NCBI GenBank assembly: GCA_963665235.2
Contig: CAXXLX010000002.1
Location: forward strand, 834,820 to 898,819
Origin: Candidatus Poribacteria bacterium
GTDB lineage: Bacteria; Poribacteria; WGA-4E; WGA-3G
Length of the DNA: 64,000 bases
Direction: 5' to 3'
The position numbers and the translations under genes are program-made. Every line of letters starts with the position of its first letter. Position 1 is the first letter of the stretch. Under the pieces are notes generated by a model. That model was not told the DNA's origin, did not search any database, and worked only from the letters and a program-made list of their open reading frames with translations. This document shows positions 61,309 to 64,000 of this stretch, piece by piece.

Positions 61309-62139
61309 ATGAAACTCAGTTGTCTCCCTGTCTCTCTTTACGATGCTATTTTCAGCGGAAGAAGCACCGTTGTCGAATGGATTCAATTGGGGGCAAAATT
61401 AGGACTGGATGGCGTTGATTTTAGCATCAAATTTTTCCCACAGCGCGACGCTGAAACAGTAAACACCATTCGCGCTGCGCTGGAAAAATATGGCATCGAA
61501 CCGTGCATGCTCGCCTGCTATTCCGACTTCACACACCCTGACGCAACACAACGCGCCCAAGAATTGACCGAACTGAAGGCGGACATTGTCCTGGCAAAGA
61601 CGTTAGGCGTGAAATTTGTGCGTGTGACCGCAGGACAAAACCACCCCGGCACCCAACGCACAACGGGGGTGCGCTGGGTTACAGATGGATTCCGATATGC
61701 CCTTGACGAAGCGGAACGACACGGCATCACCCTCGCTTATGAGAATCATACCAAAGGCGCGCCGTGGGATTATTGGGATTTCTCACAACGGACAGAGATT
61801 TTCTTAGAAATCTTAGATGCACTCGCTGACACGCCACTCAGTGTCTGTTTTGACACCGCCAACCCGCTCGTCCTCAATGAAGATGTGCTCGGACTTTTGG
61901 AAAAGGTTATTGAACGCGTTGTCGTACTTCACGTTTTCGATATGGAAGCAGCGGGAACGTTCGTGCCGGTCCGTGTCGGCACAGGTGCCGCCCCGATTCC
62001 GCAAGTCTTTTCCCGCATGCGACAAGCAGGTTACAATGGATGGCTCAGCATTGAGGAAGCCAGTCGTTTAGGACAGGAAGGTTTTGAACAAGCCACCGCT
62101 TTTGTCCGGCAGACGTGGCAACAGGCATCATCCGCGTGA
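61309..62139 (+). CDS. sugar-phosphate isomerase/epimerase (xylose isomerase-like TIM barrel)
   Basis: LAYENH, CFDTAN, LHVFD, VGTG, GYNGWLSIE. Confidence 0.85.
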   Translation: MKLSCLPVSLYDAIFSGRSTVVEWIQLGAKLGLDGVDFSIKFFPQRDAETVNTIRAALEKYGIEPCMLACYSDFTHPDATQRAQELTELKADIVLAKTLGVKFVRVTAGQNHPGTQRTTGVRWVTDGFRYALDEAERHGITLAYENHTKGAPWDYWDFSQRTEIFLEILDALADTPLSVCFDTANPLVLNEDVLGLLEKVIERVVVLHVFDMEAAGTFVPVRVGTGAAPIPQVFSRMRQAGYNGWLSIEEASRLGQEGFEQATAFVRQTWQQASSA

Positions 62140-62979
62140 CGGTTCACTCATACGTTCCTTGGCTTGCCGTGAAAGTTCCGCGAGGTGTCCATCGTTCGCC
62201 ATTCCCTGTTCAAGGTGTATCTGTCTTTCTGGTGTTGCTGTGTTCACCATCTTCTCGCCATATTTGCGGTCAATCCAGAAACGTGCGGCACCGCTAATAT
62301 AGGCGCGCAAGGCATCCAACTTGTGCTCTGGATACCGCTCACAGAGATTCATCGTAAACATACGCCTACGTGTTCCGCCCCCGAACGCTGCATGTTTCGT
62401 GTTATGGTTGAACAGCACCAGATCGCCGGGGGTTGTTTCAAAGATAACTGCTGGTACATCTTTACCGTGCAACTCCCACGTCTCTTGACTTCTTCCAATC
62501 TGCTGACTGAGTCCATCCGCATAGTTATCCCCGAAGAGATGGCTCCCCGGAATAACGCGAAGTGCTCCGGTGTCACGCGTGAGCGGATCAAGATAGAAAG
62601 CGATTTTGATATGCATCGGGTCTTCCAACTTATGCCCACCATCTGAATGCCACCCCGTATCGCCGACGTAGAAGTTGCCATCACTTCCCATGTAGTTAAA
62701 ATCGTCGCCGAGCAGTGTTTTTGCAATCGCTAGAATTCGCGGGTCATCTAACAGCGATGATAGCTCTTCACTCTGATCGATGAAGGGCACAATGCAGGAG
62801 CGTGCTGTACCTTCGTGAGGTTTACCGTTGTGGCCCCCGCCGCGTTCCATCCAGACGGTTTCAAATGCATCCTGAATTTCCTGAATTCGGTCCGCCATCA
62901 GTTGTGGAAAACTGAGGTAGCCGAACGTCTTGAAAAAATTAATCTCCGAATCGGTAAGGTTGAAATTGTGTTGATTCAT
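62128..62979 (-). CDS. phytanoyl-CoA dioxygenase (PhyH) family 2OG-Fe(II) enzyme
   Basis: FFKTFGYL, WHSD (HxD), GALRVIPGSH, PGDLVLF..TKH. Confidence 0.9.
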   Translation of the reverse strand: MNQHNFNLTDSEINFFKTFGYLSFPQLMADRIQEIQDAFETVWMERGGGHNGKPHEGTARSCIVPFIDQSEELSSLLDDPRILAIAKTLLGDDFNYMGSDGNFYVGDTGWHSDGGHKLEDPMHIKIAFYLDPLTRDTGALRVIPGSHLFGDNYADGLSQQIGRSQETWELHGKDVPAVIFETTPGDLVLFNHNTKHAAFGGGTRRRMFTMNLCERYPEHKLDALRAYISGAARFWIDRKYGEKMVNTATPERQIHLEQGMANDGHLAELSRQAKERMSEPSRG

Positions 62980-63071
62980 TGCTAGATCCCTCCTTTAGAC
63001 GTTGATGCTGTTATCATACCACATTTCACCTTAATTGTGCAATCTAATATTTAAACATCTTCAGGGTCATT

Positions 63072-63992
63072 TCTGTAGGAGTGTGCTGTGACGCGCCCTC
63101 TTTTCCTCTGTAGGAGCGTGCTGTGACGCGCCCTCTTTTCCTCTGTAGGAGCGTGCTGTGCACGCGACCGCTTCTCCTCTGTAGGAGCGTGCTGTGCACG
63201 CGCCCTCTTTTCCCTCTGTAGGAGCGTGCTGTGCACGCGCCCTCTTTTCCTCTGTAGGAGCGTGCTGTGCACGCGCCCTCTTTTCCTCTGTAGGAGCGTG
63301 CTGTGCACGCGCCCTCTTCTCCTCTGTAGGAGCGTGCTGTGCACGCGCCCTCTTTTCCTCTGTAGGAGCGTGCTGTGCACGCGCCCTCTTTTCCTCTGTA
63401 GGAGTGTGCTGTGCACGCGCCCTCTTTTCTCTGTAGGAGCGTGCTGTGACGCGCCCTCTTTTCCTCTGTAGGAGCGTGCTGTGCACGCGCCCTCTTTTCC
63501 TCTGTAGGAGTGTGCTGTGCACGCGCCCTCTTTTCCTCTGTAGGAGTGTGCTGTGCACGCGCCCTCTTTTCCTCTGTAGGAGTGTGCTGTGCACGCGCCC
63601 TCTTTTCCTCTGTAGGAGCGTGCTGTGCACGCGACCGCTTCTCCTCTGTAGGAGTGTGCTGTGACGCGCCCTCTTTTCCTCTGTAGGAGCGTGCTGTGAC
63701 GCGCCCTCTTCTCCTCTGTAGGAGCGTGCTGTGCACGCGACCGCTTCTCCTCTGTAGGAGTGTGCTGTGCACGCGACCGCTTCTCCTCTGTAGGAGTGTG
63801 CTGTGACGCGCCCTCTTTTCCTCTGTAGGAGCGTGCTGTGACGCGCCCCTCTTCTCCTCTGTAGGAGCGTGCTGTGCACGCGCCCTCTTTTCCTCTGTAG
63901 GAGTGTGCTGTGACCGCCCTCTTCTCCTCTGTAGGAGCGTGCTGTGCACGCGCCCTCTTTTCCTCTGTAGGAGCGTGCTGTGCACGCGATAC
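63072..63992 (+). repeat. tandem array of 26 units of about 36 bp (TCTGTAGGAGCGTGCTGTGCACGCGCCCTCTTTTCC)
   Basis: 26 GTAGGA occurrences counted; each unit is GTAG plus a GCGTGC-TGT-GCACGC hairpin; a few recurring variants, no unique spacers. Confidence 0.93.
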
Positions 63993-64000
63993 CTTTTTAG

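Noticed and set aside
63044-63985. 313-aa and 270-aa repetitive ORFs
   Set aside because: Open only because the repeat lacks stop codons; indel variants shift frames freely
63072-63992. CRISPR array
   Set aside because: Units are contiguous with near-identical linkers; no unique spacers and no cas genes in the window

Overview
Bacterial chromosomal window. Gene content (two sulfatases, PhyH dioxygenase, ThuA, Gfo/Idh/MocA, WD40/cohesin/dockerin proteins ending in a FlgD-Ig/T9SS-like YPNPFNPETWIPYQL...ATRKMLIRK tail, a protein ending in a KVSTVWGRLK tail, dense palindromic intergenic repeats) suggests Candidatus Poribacteria; this is an inference, not a database result. The core backbone is secDF, tRNA-Arg(CCT), apt, an rpe/polyol dehydrogenase operon, troR-mbfA-troABC/D, metG, an AddB-like nuclease, sodA and ilvBNC behind a Val(GUC) T-box riboswitch. 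Accessory highlights: (1) a promoter-driven, cassette-like array of exported-protein genes (24-30 kb) joined by repeated sorting-domain tails and a covarying multi-hairpin linker, with a homopolymer-tract leader; (2) a four-copy MITE (TACCATTT ends, TTA/TAA duplications) carrying variable numbers of GTAG-REP hairpins, one copy disrupting a lipoprotein gene; (3) nested elements at 17-20.7 kb (IS630 inside IS630 inside a REP loop inside the MITE); (4) an exported WD40-Ig-caspase, DUF4384-like and lipoprotein module splitting the tro operon; (5) a 26-unit 36-bp REP tandem array at the right end, which is not a CRISPR.
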